Assembly (NCBI GenBank): GCA_964506575.1
Contig: CAZDLY010000004.1
Coordinates: 19,876-83,875, forward strand
DNA: 64,000 bases
DNA from: an uncultured Akkermansia sp.
Lineage (GTDB): Bacteria; Verrucomicrobiota; Kiritimatiellia; RFP12; JAAYNR01
Direction: 5' to 3'
The notes below the pieces were generated by a model. That model worked only from the letters and a program-made list of their open reading frames with translations, did no database searches and was not told the DNA's origin. This document shows, one piece after another, positions 41,203 through 51,642 of this stretch (positions are counted from its first letter, which is position 1; every line of letters begins with the position of its first letter). The translations under genes and the position numbers were made by a program.

Positions 41203-41411
41203 GCGGGGGTCCTCGTGATTTCGGATCAATACAGGCGTGCGGGAGTGTATCCTTTTTGGGTGCGCTTGTAAACAGGCGGTTGCCTGTAGCTGAAATGGGT
41301 CAAACGGAGGGCTTCTGCCACCGGGGGATTATTGCTGTCGGGGGTTTTTGCTCGCTGTCGACGGGCTTTTCGTGTACGCTGTGTCCATCCATTTCTGGGA
41401 GGAGTGCGGGC

Positions 41412-43889
41412 ATGGGAACAACCACGAAGACGTTTCGGAAGATGCACGACCGCCGTGTGGCGATGACGACCGAAGGGCTGCGAGAGGATTTCGCGTGGCA
41501 TCTCCGTTATACGCTCTCCAAGGATCAGGGACTGGCGACCGATCGCGACTGTTACACGGCGTTGTCGAACGCGGTGCGCGACCGTCTCGTGGAACGGTGG
41601 ATTGCCACGCAGCGAATCTATCACGACCAGAATGTCAAGCGTGTGTACTACCTCTCCCTGGAGTTTCTGATCGGCCGGTTGCTGGGCAACAACGTGATCA
41701 ACCTGCGGATGGAGGATTCCTGCCGCGAGGCGCTGGAGGAGGTCGGGCTGGACTGGACCACGCTGCGCGACTACGAGGCCGATGCGGGGCTCGGAAACGG
41801 CGGCCTGGGCCGTCTGGCCGCCTGTTTTCTCGATTCGATGTCAACGATGCGGATTCCCAGCATGGGGTATGGGCTCCGTTACGATTACGGCATTTTCACG
41901 CAGCGGATCATCAACGGCGCGCAGGTCGAGGAACCGGATCACTGGCTCAAGAACGGCTATCCCTGGGAAGTGGCCCGGCCCGAATACGCGCAATCCGTCC
42001 TGTTTGAAGGATCGGTCGAGACGGTCCGGGAAGACGGCCGCATGGTGTGGCGCTGGATCAACGCGAAGCCGGTGATCGGGGTGCCGTTCGACCTGCCGAT
42101 CGTCGGTTATGGGGGCCAGGTGGTGAACTCCCTCCGCCTCTGGTCGGCGCGCGCCGACGACGCCTTCAACTTCGATGACTTCAACCGGGGATCGTATGTC
42201 GAGGCGGTCGAAAACAAGGTGCTGGCCGAGAATATCACCAAGGTGCTGTACCCCAATGACAACGTGCTCGAAGGGAAGGAGCTGCGGCTGCGGCAGCAAT
42301 ATTTCTTCGTTTCCTGCTCGGTTCAGGACATGCTGCGGCGGTTTCAGAACGACAATGACGATTGGGCCGCCCTGCCCGACAAGGTCTTCATCCAGCTCAA
42401 CGAGACCCACCCGGCGCTGGTCATTCCCGAATTGATGCGCCTGCTGGTCGACCGGGAGCATTTGGACTGGGATTTCGCCTGGAATCTGTCCTGCCGCTGC
42501 GTGGGCTACACCAACCACACGATCCTACCGGAGGCGCTGGAAAAATGGAGCGTGCCGCTCATGCAGCGGCTCCTGCCCCGGCACATGCAGATCATTTACG
42601 AGATCAACGGCCGGTTTGTCCGGCACGTCGCCGTGCGGTGGCCGGGCGAGGTTGATCGCCTGCAGCGGATGAGCATCATCGACGAGGCGGGGGAGAAGCA
42701 TGTCCGGATGGCCCATCTGGCGATCATCGGCGCGTCGACGGTCAACGGCGTGGCCAAGCTGCATTCCGAAATCATCCGCAAAAAGCTATTCGCCGATTTC
42801 GCCGATTTGTGGCCGGAGAAGTTTCAGAACAAGACCAACGGCATCACGCAGCGGCGCTGGCTGCTCCAGGCCAATCCCGGCCTGGCCGACTTGATCACCA
42901 GCCGGATCGGGCCGGGATGGATCACCGATCTCTTTCAGCTCCGCAAGCTCGAGCCGCTGACACAGGATCGGGCGTTTCTGAGGGCGTTCCGGGCGACGAA
43001 ACAGGCCAACAAGGAGGCGCTGGCCGCGCATATCCTCGCAACCGTCGGCGTGACGGTTGATCCCGAGTCGCTGTTTGATGTCCAGGTGAAGCGGTTGCAC
43101 GAATACAAGCGCCAGTTGCTGCTCGTCCTGTACATCATCGTGTTGTTTGATCGGATGATCCGAGACCCCGATCTCGACGTGCATCCGCGGACGTTCATCT
43201 TCTCCGCCAAGGCGGCCCCGGGTTATTACGTCGCCAAGCTCATCATCCGGCTGATTCACGGTGTCGCCGAAGTGGTCAACAGCCACCCGCAGATCAGCAG
43301 GAAAATCAAGGTTGTGTTCCTGCCGGACTACCGGGTGTCGCTGGCCGAGAAGATCATCCCCGCCGCAAACGTCAGCGAACAGATTTCGCTCGCGGGAACG
43401 GAGGCATCGGGGACGGGCAACATGAAATTGATGCTCAACGGGGCGCTGACAGTCGGCACGCTGGACGGCGCGAATGTCGAGATTGGCGAGGCCGTGGGTG
43501 ATGACAACATCTTCATCTTCGGTCTGCGGGCCGAGGAGGTTGCCGCGAAACGCCCCGGCTACCGTTCGCGGGATGTGTACGAGAGTGATCCTGAAATCCG
43601 CCGGGCGGTGGACCTGATCCGTCAGAACGTTTTTTGCGTCCTGTCACCCGGTCTCTTCGATCCGATCATCCAAACCCTGCTTGACTTCAACGACTACTAC
43701 ATGCTGCTGGCCGACCTGCGCGCCTATATCGAGACGCAGGAGGCGGTGGATGCGCTCTACCGCAAGCCGTTGGAATGGGACCGCAAGGCGTTGCTCAACG
43801 TGGCCCGTTCGGGGGTGTTTTCCTCCGACCGGACGATCCGCGAATATGCCGACAAGATTTGGCACGTGAACGCCTGTGATGTCGAGTGA
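41412..43889 (+). CDS. glgP: Glycogen/alpha-glucan phosphorylase
   Basis: YLSLEFL, LGNGGLGRL, TNHT, KRLHEYKRQ, EASGTGNMK. Confidence 0.97.
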   Translation: MGTTTKTFRKMHDRRVAMTTEGLREDFAWHLRYTLSKDQGLATDRDCYTALSNAVRDRLVERWIATQRIYHDQNVKRVYYLSLEFLIGRLLGNNVINLRMEDSCREALEEVGLDWTTLRDYEADAGLGNGGLGRLAACFLDSMSTMRIPSMGYGLRYDYGIFTQRIINGAQVEEPDHWLKNGYPWEVARPEYAQSVLFEGSVETVREDGRMVWRWINAKPVIGVPFDLPIVGYGGQVVNSLRLWSARADDAFNFDDFNRGSYVEAVENKVLAENITKVLYPNDNVLEGKELRLRQQYFFVSCSVQDMLRRFQNDNDDWAALPDKVFIQLNETHPALVIPELMRLLVDREHLDWDFAWNLSCRCVGYTNHTILPEALEKWSVPLMQRLLPRHMQIIYEINGRFVRHVAVRWPGEVDRLQRMSIIDEAGEKHVRMAHLAIIGASTVNGVAKLHSEIIRKKLFADFADLWPEKFQNKTNGITQRRWLLQANPGLADLITSRIGPGWITDLFQLRKLEPLTQDRAFLRAFRATKQANKEALAAHILATVGVTVDPESLFDVQVKRLHEYKRQLLLVLYIIVLFDRMIRDPDLDVHPRTFIFSAKAAPGYYVAKLIIRLIHGVAEVVNSHPQISRKIKVVFLPDYRVSLAEKIIPAANVSEQISLAGTEASGTGNMKLMLNGALTVGTLDGANVEIGEAVGDDNIFIFGLRAEEVAAKRPGYRSRDVYESDPEIRRAVDLIRQNVFCVLSPGLFDPIIQTLLDFNDYYMLLADLRAYIETQEAVDALYRKPLEWDRKALLNVARSGVFSSDRTIREYADKIWHVNACDVE

Positions 43890-43963
43890 CCGGATGCGCG
43901 GAAGCCGTTGGCTTCCGCCCCGTTTAGTATTGGGATGTGACGCCAGCCTGCAAGGAGTCAACA

Positions 43964-44851
43964 ATGCGTGTGACGCGATGGAACTGGACTCACCACGTGC
44001 GGTTCGTGCAACTGATGGCCTGCGCCATGCTCGCCGCTCTGCGGGGATCTGCCGGAGACGGGACGGCGGACCGGGTGAGTCTGATCGCCGAGCGTGACGC
44101 GGTTGCGCCCGGCGCGCCCTTCACGCTGGCGGTCGAATTGCAGACCCAGCCCGGCTGGCACACCTATTGGCTGAACCCGGGTGACGCGGGTCTTCCACCG
44201 AAGCTGCGCTGGCGTCTGCCGGAAGGGGTTCGGCTGTCCCGCCTGCAGTTTCCCACGCCGGATCGGTTTGAGGAGGCGGGAATGGTGTCGTTCGGCTATG
44301 AAGGCCGGGTGTGGCTGCTGGCCGATTTTGAGGTCGACGGCGGCTTTTCGGGAGAGAAGATGGAGATCGGTTTGGCCGCCAGCTGGATGGTCTGCCGCGA
44401 GGCCTGCATGCAAAAGAAGGGAGATGCGCAAGTGATCCTGAGCGTTGCCGCAGGGGCTCCCGCCCAAACGAACGCAGCGACCGCAGCCGAATTCGCCCGC
44501 TGGCGGGACCGGCTGCCCAGACCCGCCACGGGGTGGACGGTGCGCGCGCGGGCCGAACGGAAGGGCGTGCGGCTGCGCATCGAGCCCCCGGCGGGAGCGG
44601 GACCGGAGGCGGCGGCGTGGGAGCGGGCGCGTTTCTATGCGTTCCGGCGCGGGGCGCTCGATCTACAGGCGGCGCCGCAGTGGCGGCGCGACGGTGCGGC
44701 GTGGTCGGCCGTGTTGCTCGCCGGGCCCGAGCCGTTCAAGGATGGCGACGTGTTGGAGGGAGTGGTGTTTTTTCAGGCGACGGCAACGGATGCAGGCGGT
44801 GCGCCGCCGCTTGCGTGGAGCGTCAAGGCTGTGATCGGTGGCAGCCCCTGA
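43964..44851 (+). CDS. DsbD N-terminal-domain protein
   Basis: GWHTYW.NPGDAG, CREAC motif; no TM CcdA domain. Confidence 0.8.
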   Translation: MRVTRWNWTHHVRFVQLMACAMLAALRGSAGDGTADRVSLIAERDAVAPGAPFTLAVELQTQPGWHTYWLNPGDAGLPPKLRWRLPEGVRLSRLQFPTPDRFEEAGMVSFGYEGRVWLLADFEVDGGFSGEKMEIGLAASWMVCREACMQKKGDAQVILSVAAGAPAQTNAATAAEFARWRDRLPRPATGWTVRARAERKGVRLRIEPPAGAGPEAAAWERARFYAFRRGALDLQAAPQWRRDGAAWSAVLLAGPEPFKDGDVLEGVVFFQATATDAGGAPPLAWSVKAVIGGSP

Positions 44852-44938
44852 GGCGCGCCGATCCTGATCAGATCACTGCGGCCGGGACGCCCTTCCCCGG
44901 CTGCGGCTGAGAAGTCGGGGGGCAAAAGGAGATCCGTT

Positions 44939-45541
44939 ATGAAACATGGAGCGATTCGGGTTGTGATGGCCGCCGTGGCTGGTTTGGCCTTGTGCGGATG
45001 GACGCAGGAGATCGGCAAGCCGGCCCCTGATTTCACCCTGAAGGACATCACGGGCGTGGAGCACAGCCTCGTTGCGTCGAAGGGAAAATTTGTCGTCTTG
45101 GAATGGACGAACTTCGACTGCCCCTTTGTGCGCAAGCACTATGAGACCGACACCATGCAGGCGCTGCAAAAGACCTACAAGGAAAAGGGCGTGGTTTGGC
45201 TGACCATCTGTTCGTCAGCGGCTGGCAAGCAGGGAAACCTGACTGCCGAACAGTGGGCGGAGCGGATCAAGCAATTCAAGGCATCCCCAACAGCGATACT
45301 CACGGACGCCGACGGCAAGGTGGGCAAGCTCTACGGCGCCAAAACGACGCCGCAGATGGCGATCGTCAACCCCGAGGGAAACGTGATTTACACCGGCGCC
45401 ATCGACAACCAGCCGGGGCTGGAGCGCGAGAAGATGAAGGACGCGGTCAACTACGTGAAACAGACCCTTGACGCCGCGATGGCCGGCAAGTCGGTCGATG
45501 TGACCTCTACGGCGCCCTACGGCTGCTCGGTGAAATACTGA
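44939..45541 (+). CDS. Exported redoxin/thioredoxin-family protein
   Basis: APDFTL, LEWTNFDCPFV, YGAKTTP, YGCSVKY. Confidence 0.85.
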   Translation: MKHGAIRVVMAAVAGLALCGWTQEIGKPAPDFTLKDITGVEHSLVASKGKFVVLEWTNFDCPFVRKHYETDTMQALQKTYKEKGVVWLTICSSAAGKQGNLTAEQWAERIKQFKASPTAILTDADGKVGKLYGAKTTPQMAIVNPEGNVIYTGAIDNQPGLEREKMKDAVNYVKQTLDAAMAGKSVDVTSTAPYGCSVKY

Positions 45542-45543
45542 CT

Positions 45544-46620
45544 CTATCCGTTCCGCGCTTCGAAGTCGGCCATGAAGTCGACCAGCGACCGAACGCCGGC
45601 GACGGGGAAGGCGTTGTAGATCGAGGCGCGGATACCGCCCACGGAGCGGTGCCCCTTGAGTCCCTTCATGCCGAGCTTGGAGGCCTGGGCGATGAAGAGG
45701 TCTTCCAGATCGACCGTGGGCAGGCGGAAGGTCACGTTCATGTCGGAACGGCATTCCTTGCGGGCGGTGCCGCGGTAAAAGGCCGTTGCGTCGATCCGCT
45801 GATAGAGCATGGCCGCCTTCTCGGCGTTCTGCCGGTGCATCCGCTCCAGGCCGAACGCCTTGAGCCAGCGGGTGACCAGCGCCAGGATGTAGATGCTGAA
45901 GCAGGGAGGGGTGTTGTACAGCGACTTGTTCTCAATGTGGGTGCTGTAGCGGAGCATCGCGGGGAGCGTCTTGGACTCCTTTTCGGCAAAGTCCTTGCGT
46001 ATGGCGACGACCGTGACCCCCGAAGGTCCCAGGTTCTTCTGGGCGCCCGCGTAAATGAGCGAGAACGGCTTGGCGTTGAAGGGGCGCGAAAGAATATCCG
46101 AGGACATGTCGGCCAGGAGCGGGGCGCTGGACTCGGGGAACGCTTTCCATTGCGCGCCGGAGATCGTCTCGTTCGAGGTGAGGTGCAGGTAGGCGGCGCC
46201 GGGGGTCAGCTTCAGATCGCCGGGTGCGGGCACCCGCGTCGGCACATCCTTCTCGCAATCCGCAGCGATGCCCACGGTGCCGATCAGACGGGCCTGCTTG
46301 ATGGCTGCCGATCCCCAACTCCCGGAATTGACGTAGTCGGCGGTCTGACCCGCGCCCAGGAAATTCATCGGGATCATGCCGAACTGCAGGCTCGCGCCGC
46401 CCTGGAGCAGCAGGATGTCAAACGTCTCGTCCAGCCCGAGCAATTCCTTGAGATTGGCGATCGCCTCGTCGTGGACCGCCTCGTACTCCTTGCCGCGGTG
46501 CGACATCTCCATGATGGACATCCCCGATCCCTTGTAATCGACGAGGTCGGCTTGCGCGGCTTCGAGGACTTCGACCGGCAGCATGGCCGGCCCGGCGCTG
46601 AAATTGAGAATACGTGACAT
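45544..46620 (-). CDS. serC: Phosphoserine aminotransferase
   Basis: NFSAGPA, EMSHR, GAQKNLGP, NTPP, GHRSVGG. Confidence 0.96.
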   Translation of the reverse strand: MSRILNFSAGPAMLPVEVLEAAQADLVDYKGSGMSIMEMSHRGKEYEAVHDEAIANLKELLGLDETFDILLLQGGASLQFGMIPMNFLGAGQTADYVNSGSWGSAAIKQARLIGTVGIAADCEKDVPTRVPAPGDLKLTPGAAYLHLTSNETISGAQWKAFPESSAPLLADMSSDILSRPFNAKPFSLIYAGAQKNLGPSGVTVVAIRKDFAEKESKTLPAMLRYSTHIENKSLYNTPPCFSIYILALVTRWLKAFGLERMHRQNAEKAAMLYQRIDATAFYRGTARKECRSDMNVTFRLPTVDLEDLFIAQASKLGMKGLKGHRSVGGIRASIYNAFPVAGVRSLVDFMADFEARNG

Positions 46621-46655
46621 GGCTGTTCTCCCGAGTTGGCGTGATGATGTGTCAG

Positions 46656-46684
46656 ATGTTAGCCGCGGACGGACGGGAAGTCAA
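46656..46684 (-). promoter_or_regulatory. sigma70 promoter of serC
   Basis: Minus strand TTGACT-17nt-TAACAT. Confidence 0.6.
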
Positions 46685-46699
46685 TGCCCATCATAACCA

Positions 46700-47950
46700 T
46701 CATAACGTCTCCAGGAATGTCTCGATGCGTGCGCGGAGCAGCTCCGTGTCGTCGAGGTTGTAGTCGGTGCTGAGGTTGAGGAACGGGATGCGGCGGTCGC
46801 GAAGCGTCCGTTCGATGCGGCAATGTTCGAGGTCAAACGCATGACAGAACCGGAGCGTGTACTGGACAACACCGTCGGCATGGCGCTTCTCCACGAGGTC
46901 CATGATGCGGTTGAGCCGGATGTTCTGCGAACAGAAGCAGGGGCAGACCAGACCGAAGGTCGCGCGCTCGGCAAGCGCGCGGTAAGCGGCTTCGAGGCTG
47001 GTGCCGTCGAGGACGACCGGATCGTTGCAGGACTGGGCGCCGGTGCAGATGGTATCGGCGACGACGTCGGCCCCGCACAACTCGAGCAGGTTGAGCGGCT
47101 TGAAATTCGGCCAGACAATCGGCGAGCCGGTGAGCACCACGCGCCGCCTGAAGCTGCGGGGTGCAGGCACGCAAGCCTGCACTTCCGAGAGCAGAAGCTC
47201 GGCCGGCTTGAGCCAGGTTTCAATGGGTTCGGGGGAGAAGAGCGAAGCCTGGACCGTGACGAAGAGGTCGCGTATGGAGAGCGATCCGGGCTGGGCGATG
47301 CGCGCATCCTGCAGGCGGCGGATGAGTTCGGTGCGGCGCGTCGTGAGGCCGATGGCGGCGAGCAGGTCGGCGCGGGTCGGCGTGTGGCCGGTGATCCCGG
47401 ACACAAAAACCGCGAGCCGCTTGAGCTCGGCGACAATCTCATCGACGTGGCGCGCAGTGTCCGGATCCGTCGGCAGGGCGAGCTGGAAGACGGGGCCGAA
47501 GTCGGCAAGAATCTCCGCCAGCTTGCGTTTGGCATCGCACGCGGCGGGGATCACAAAGGCGTCGCAGGTGCTGGGAATGCCGTCCTCCCGCAGGAAAAGC
47601 CCCAGCGTCGCCTGGGCGATCGGACAGATGTCGCCCGCGAGGTGCTCCTCGCCGGCCAGGGCGGCCGCGCTGTTGCCGCAGTCGAGGCGGACCGTGTCCG
47701 CGCCGGCGGCCAGGATGACCTCGATCGGAATGAAATTGCAGAGGGTGCCGATGCGAGGACGGGGCTTGGGCGCCGCCGCCGCGTTGACGAGACGTTCGAC
47801 GAAATAGGGGATGCTGGCCGGCCGGTTCGGCGCTTCGTCCAGATGTTGGCGCTGGTTCGCCTCGACCATCGCCTGCCTGCGGCAATTGCCGGGAGTGTCG
47901 GTGGAGACGAAAGACGGTCGGGGACGGTGTTTTTTATCAGGTCGGTTCAT
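46700..47950 (-). CDS. 2-hydroxyacyl-CoA dehydratase-family Fe-S protein (candidate double-cubane cluster protein)
   Basis: GTLCNFIP.E, DICP, ACDAKRK, VLTGSP, ICTG, CPCF, DGVV, FCH, R.ETFLE. Confidence 0.82.
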   Translation of the reverse strand: MNRPDKKHRPRPSFVSTDTPGNCRRQAMVEANQRQHLDEAPNRPASIPYFVERLVNAAAAPKPRPRIGTLCNFIPIEVILAAGADTVRLDCGNSAAALAGEEHLAGDICPIAQATLGLFLREDGIPSTCDAFVIPAACDAKRKLAEILADFGPVFQLALPTDPDTARHVDEIVAELKRLAVFVSGITGHTPTRADLLAAIGLTTRRTELIRRLQDARIAQPGSLSIRDLFVTVQASLFSPEPIETWLKPAELLLSEVQACVPAPRSFRRRVVLTGSPIVWPNFKPLNLLELCGADVVADTICTGAQSCNDPVVLDGTSLEAAYRALAERATFGLVCPCFCSQNIRLNRIMDLVEKRHADGVVQYTLRFCHAFDLEHCRIERTLRDRRIPFLNLSTDYNLDDTELLRARIETFLETL

Positions 47951-48059
47951 GGTTTCATAGAGTGCCAGAAATGAAGGGGAAAGGCCAGCGCGATTTCTTT
48001 TCGGTCATCGCGAGACTCGGCGATTGTTTCCGCCGGCATTTTTCGCTATACTCGCGCGC

Positions 48060-48563
48060 ATGATCAGGACCGGAATAGGATTTGACGCGCACCGCCTGGC
48101 CGTCGGCCGTCGGCTGGTGATGGGCGGCGTGGAAATACCCCACGAGCGGGGGCTGGAAGGCCATTCGGACGCGGATGTGCTGGCGCATGCGCTCATGGAT
48201 GCGCTGCTGGGCGCGATCGCGGACGGTGACATCGGCCACCATTTCCCGCCGTCAGATGCGCGATGGAAGGATGCCGACAGTCTCGCCCTGCTGCGGCAGG
48301 TGGCCGACAGGCTGCGGAGGGCGGGGTGGGGAATTGTCAACACCGACGCGACGGTCCTGGCCGAGGCGCCCCGGCTCGCGCCGTTTATTCCAGCCATGCG
48401 CCAGAAACTCGCCGCGGCCATGTCCATCGGCGTGCAGGCGGTCTCGGTGAAGGCCACCACGGTCGAGGGGATGGGCGCGATCGGCCGCCGGGAGGGGATC
48501 TCCGCGATGGCCGTGGCGACGGTGGCGCCGCTCGCCGGTCCTGATGCTCCGGCGGGCATATAG
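48060..48563 (+). CDS. ispF: 2-C-methyl-D-erythritol 2,4-cyclodiphosphate synthase
   Basis: GFDAH, GHSDAD, DIGHHFP, KATT.E. Confidence 0.95.
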   Translation: MIRTGIGFDAHRLAVGRRLVMGGVEIPHERGLEGHSDADVLAHALMDALLGAIADGDIGHHFPPSDARWKDADSLALLRQVADRLRRAGWGIVNTDATVLAEAPRLAPFIPAMRQKLAAAMSIGVQAVSVKATTVEGMGAIGRREGISAMAVATVAPLAGPDAPAGI

Positions 48564-48578
48564 AAAGAAGCGCGAACG

Positions 48579-49982
48579 ATGCAGCTTTACAACACATTGA
48601 CGCGATCCAAGGAGACGTTCGAACCTCTGGAGAAAGGGCATGCGCGCCTGTACACCTGCGGTCCGACGGTTTACAACTTCGCTCATATCGGCAATTTTCG
48701 AGCCTACATTTTTGAGGATCTATTGCGCCGCACCCTCCGCTACGCCGGGTTGCGCGTGACGCAGGTGATGAATTTGACGGATGTGGACGACAAGACGATC
48801 CGCGGTGCGTCCGCCGCCGGTCTGCCCCTGAAGACGTACACCCAACCCTATGTGGATGCTTTTTTTGAAGACTTGAAGACGCTCAATATCGAGCCCGCCG
48901 AGGTCTATCCCGCCGCGACCGACCACATCCCCGAGATGATCGCGCTGGTGCAGACCCTGCTCGACAAGGGATTGGCTTATCGCACCGACGACGGCTCGGT
49001 CTATTTCAAGGTGGACGCCTTTCCGCAGTACGGCCGGCTGGCTCACCTCGATCGCACGGGCCTGCGGGTCGGCGCACGCGTTGCGCAGGACGAGTACGAA
49101 AAGGAGAGCGTCGGCGATTTTGCCCTGTGGAAGGGGTGGGATGAGAAGGACGGCGCGGTCGCCTGGGAGGCGCCGTGGGGCAGGGGACGTCCCGGTTGGC
49201 ACATCGAGTGTTCGGCCATGAGCATGAAATACCTCGGCGCGTCGTTCGATATTCATACCGGCGGGATCGACAACCTGTTTCCGCACCACGAGAATGAAAT
49301 CGCCCAGGCCGAGGGCGCCACCGGAAAAACGTTTGTCCGCTACTGGCTTCACTGCGCCCATTTGCGCGTCAACGGCGAGAAGATGTCCAAATCGCTGGGG
49401 AACTTCTACACGCTGCGCGACCTGATCACGAAAGGGTGGGGGGGGCGCTGGATCCGCTATGTCTTGATCAGCGGTCATTACCGCCAGCCATTGAACTTCA
49501 CCTTTGACGCCCTGGAGGCCTCGCGAACCGCGTTGTCACGCATCGACGCGTTTGTCGACCAGCTCGCCGAAACCGCAGGCGGTTGCGGTCCGTCTGCGGG
49601 GCTGCCCGTCTGGGCCGCCGCCGGCCGGGACGCGTTCGACACGGCGGTTTTTGACGATCTGAATCTGCCCGAGGCGCTGGCGGCCCTGTTCGGGATCGTG
49701 CGCGACGGCAACGCCGCCATGGGCGCCGGCGCGATGACTCCGGCGGAGGCGGCCGCGGTCGCCGACCTGCTCGGGGCGTTTGACCGCGTCCTGGGCGTGC
49801 TCCAGTTCGGGCGGGTCCATGACGAGGCGGCGCCCGCGGCGATCCAGCAGTTGGCCGCCGCCCGCAGCGCGGCGCGGTCACAGAAGAACTGGGCGGAGTC
49901 CGACCGGCTGCGTGATGCGATTGCCGCGGCGGGCTGGGAGGTCCGCGATTCCAAGGACGGTCAGAAACTGAAGAAACGGTAG
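48579..49982 (+). CDS. cysS: Cysteinyl-tRNA synthetase
   Basis: CGPTVY, HIGN, PGWHIEC, KMSKS. Confidence 0.97.
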   Translation: MQLYNTLTRSKETFEPLEKGHARLYTCGPTVYNFAHIGNFRAYIFEDLLRRTLRYAGLRVTQVMNLTDVDDKTIRGASAAGLPLKTYTQPYVDAFFEDLKTLNIEPAEVYPAATDHIPEMIALVQTLLDKGLAYRTDDGSVYFKVDAFPQYGRLAHLDRTGLRVGARVAQDEYEKESVGDFALWKGWDEKDGAVAWEAPWGRGRPGWHIECSAMSMKYLGASFDIHTGGIDNLFPHHENEIAQAEGATGKTFVRYWLHCAHLRVNGEKMSKSLGNFYTLRDLITKGWGGRWIRYVLISGHYRQPLNFTFDALEASRTALSRIDAFVDQLAETAGGCGPSAGLPVWAAAGRDAFDTAVFDDLNLPEALAALFGIVRDGNAAMGAGAMTPAEAAAVADLLGAFDRVLGVLQFGRVHDEAAPAAIQQLAAARSAARSQKNWAESDRLRDAIAAAGWEVRDSKDGQKLKKR

Positions 49983-49988
49983 GCGTGG

Positions 49989-50666
49989 ATGCGCGGATTG
50001 TTCATCACCTGCGAAGGTCCCGAAGGGAGCGGCAAGAGCACGCACAGCCGGCGGCTGGCGGAGCGGCTGCGCGCCTGCGGCGTTTCCGTGCTGCACACGC
50101 GGGAACCCGGCGGCACGCCGACGGGCGAGGCGGTTCGCCAGCTTTTGCAGCACGACGGAGCGGGGGAGTCGCCCGTGGCCACGGCCGAGGTGCTCCTGTT
50201 TTGCGCCAGCCGCGCGCAGCTGACCGCCCAGGTGATCGCTCCGGCGCTGGCCCGCGGCATGTGGGTGGTGTGCGATCGCTTCACCGACTCGACGCTGGCC
50301 TACCAGGGCTACGGACGCGGCTTTGATCTGACGACCCTGCGCGAGTTGAACACGTTCGCCACCGGCGGACTGGTTCCGGACCTGACGCTGCTGTTCGACG
50401 TCGACACGCAGCTCGGATTTCAACGCATCCACGCGCGGACCGCAGCGTCGGGGGCCGCGCCGGCCGACCGCTTCGAACGGGAATCGCCGGCGTTCCACGA
50501 GAAAATCCGAAACGGGTTCCTCGACCTCGCGGCGCGCGAACCCCGCCGTTTCCGGGTGCTGGACACCGCACAGCCGGTCGAGGCTGTGTTTGCGCACGTG
50601 TGGCAGGCGGTGCAGCCCCATCTGCCCCCCCCATCCGCAGGAAAGGCGGTCGGTCATGCAGGTTGA
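49989..50666 (+). CDS. tmk: Thymidylate kinase
   Basis: EGPEGSGKST, REPGGT, DRFTDSTLAYQG. Confidence 0.95.
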   Translation: MRGLFITCEGPEGSGKSTHSRRLAERLRACGVSVLHTREPGGTPTGEAVRQLLQHDGAGESPVATAEVLLFCASRAQLTAQVIAPALARGMWVVCDRFTDSTLAYQGYGRGFDLTTLRELNTFATGGLVPDLTLLFDVDTQLGFQRIHARTAASGAAPADRFERESPAFHEKIRNGFLDLAAREPRRFRVLDTAQPVEAVFAHVWQAVQPHLPPPSAGKAVGHAG

Positions 50667-51642
50667 CGCGGCCTTTGCCTGTATCCGGCATGCTTACGAA
50701 TCCGGGCGGATGCCGGGCGGTCTGATCATCACCGGCGACATCCGCCGCGGCGCGGCGGAACTGGCGACGCGGATTCTGCAACTGCTGTTTTGCCGGGAGC
50801 CTCATCCCCCGTGCAGCGCGTGCGCCCGCTGCGTCAGGGTCCGGGAGCAGACCGCGTTTGACGCCGTCTGGATCGTGCCCGAGAAGAAATCCCGGCAGAT
50901 CAGCATTGAGCAGATTCGCGAGCGGTTGCTGGCTGTGATCGGACAAACCTCGCTCGAAGGCGGCTGGAAGGCTGGCGTTATCGTGGGGGCGGACCGCATG
51001 AACGCGTCCGCCTCCAATGCCTTCCTCAAGACCCTGGAGGAACCGCCGCCACAGACCCTGTTTCTGTTGCTCACCGACAGTCCGCAGAACCTCCTGCCCA
51101 CCATTCTCTCACGCTGCCAGCGACTGGATGTTGACCACGATGTCCACACCCTGGACGCCGTCTGGCGCGTCGAGCTGTTGCAGATTCTGGCGGCGCCGTT
51201 TCCTCCGGGACCCCTATCGGCGTTGGCGATGGCCGCCCAGATCGGCGCCCTGCTGGCGACGATGAAAGAGGAGGCCGAGAAGCAGGTCCGGACCGAAGCG
51301 AAGGACGAGGCCGATGTTGACGAGTCGGACGATGTGTTGAGCGCGCGCATCAGCGCGCGCTACCGTGAAGGGCGTCTGGCGATTTTGATCGCGCTGCAGG
51401 ACTGGTACCGGGATTTGCTGGTGATTCGTTCCGGCGGAGCGGCCGATCTGCTGCACTATCCGGCGCAACAAGAGATTCTGCGCTCGCGTGCGGCGGGTCT
51501 GACGGCGGGACAGGCGTTGGCCAACGTCGCGGCCGTCGACGGGATGCAGCGGCAGTTGGAACGGAACCTCTCGGAAGATTACGTGCTGGCGTATTGGCTG
51601 GACCGCATCGTCACGGGTGTTCAAGTGGAGAAACGGGTATGA
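50656..51642 (+). CDS. holB: DNA polymerase III delta' subunit
   Basis: C..PC..C..C, NAFLKTLEEP, LLPTILSRC; tmk-holB context. Confidence 0.88.
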   Translation: MQVDAAFACIRHAYESGRMPGGLIITGDIRRGAAELATRILQLLFCREPHPPCSACARCVRVREQTAFDAVWIVPEKKSRQISIEQIRERLLAVIGQTSLEGGWKAGVIVGADRMNASASNAFLKTLEEPPPQTLFLLLTDSPQNLLPTILSRCQRLDVDHDVHTLDAVWRVELLQILAAPFPPGPLSALAMAAQIGALLATMKEEAEKQVRTEAKDEADVDESDDVLSARISARYREGRLAILIALQDWYRDLLVIRSGGAADLLHYPAQQEILRSRAAGLTAGQALANVAAVDGMQRQLERNLSEDYVLAYWLDRIVTGVQVEKRV

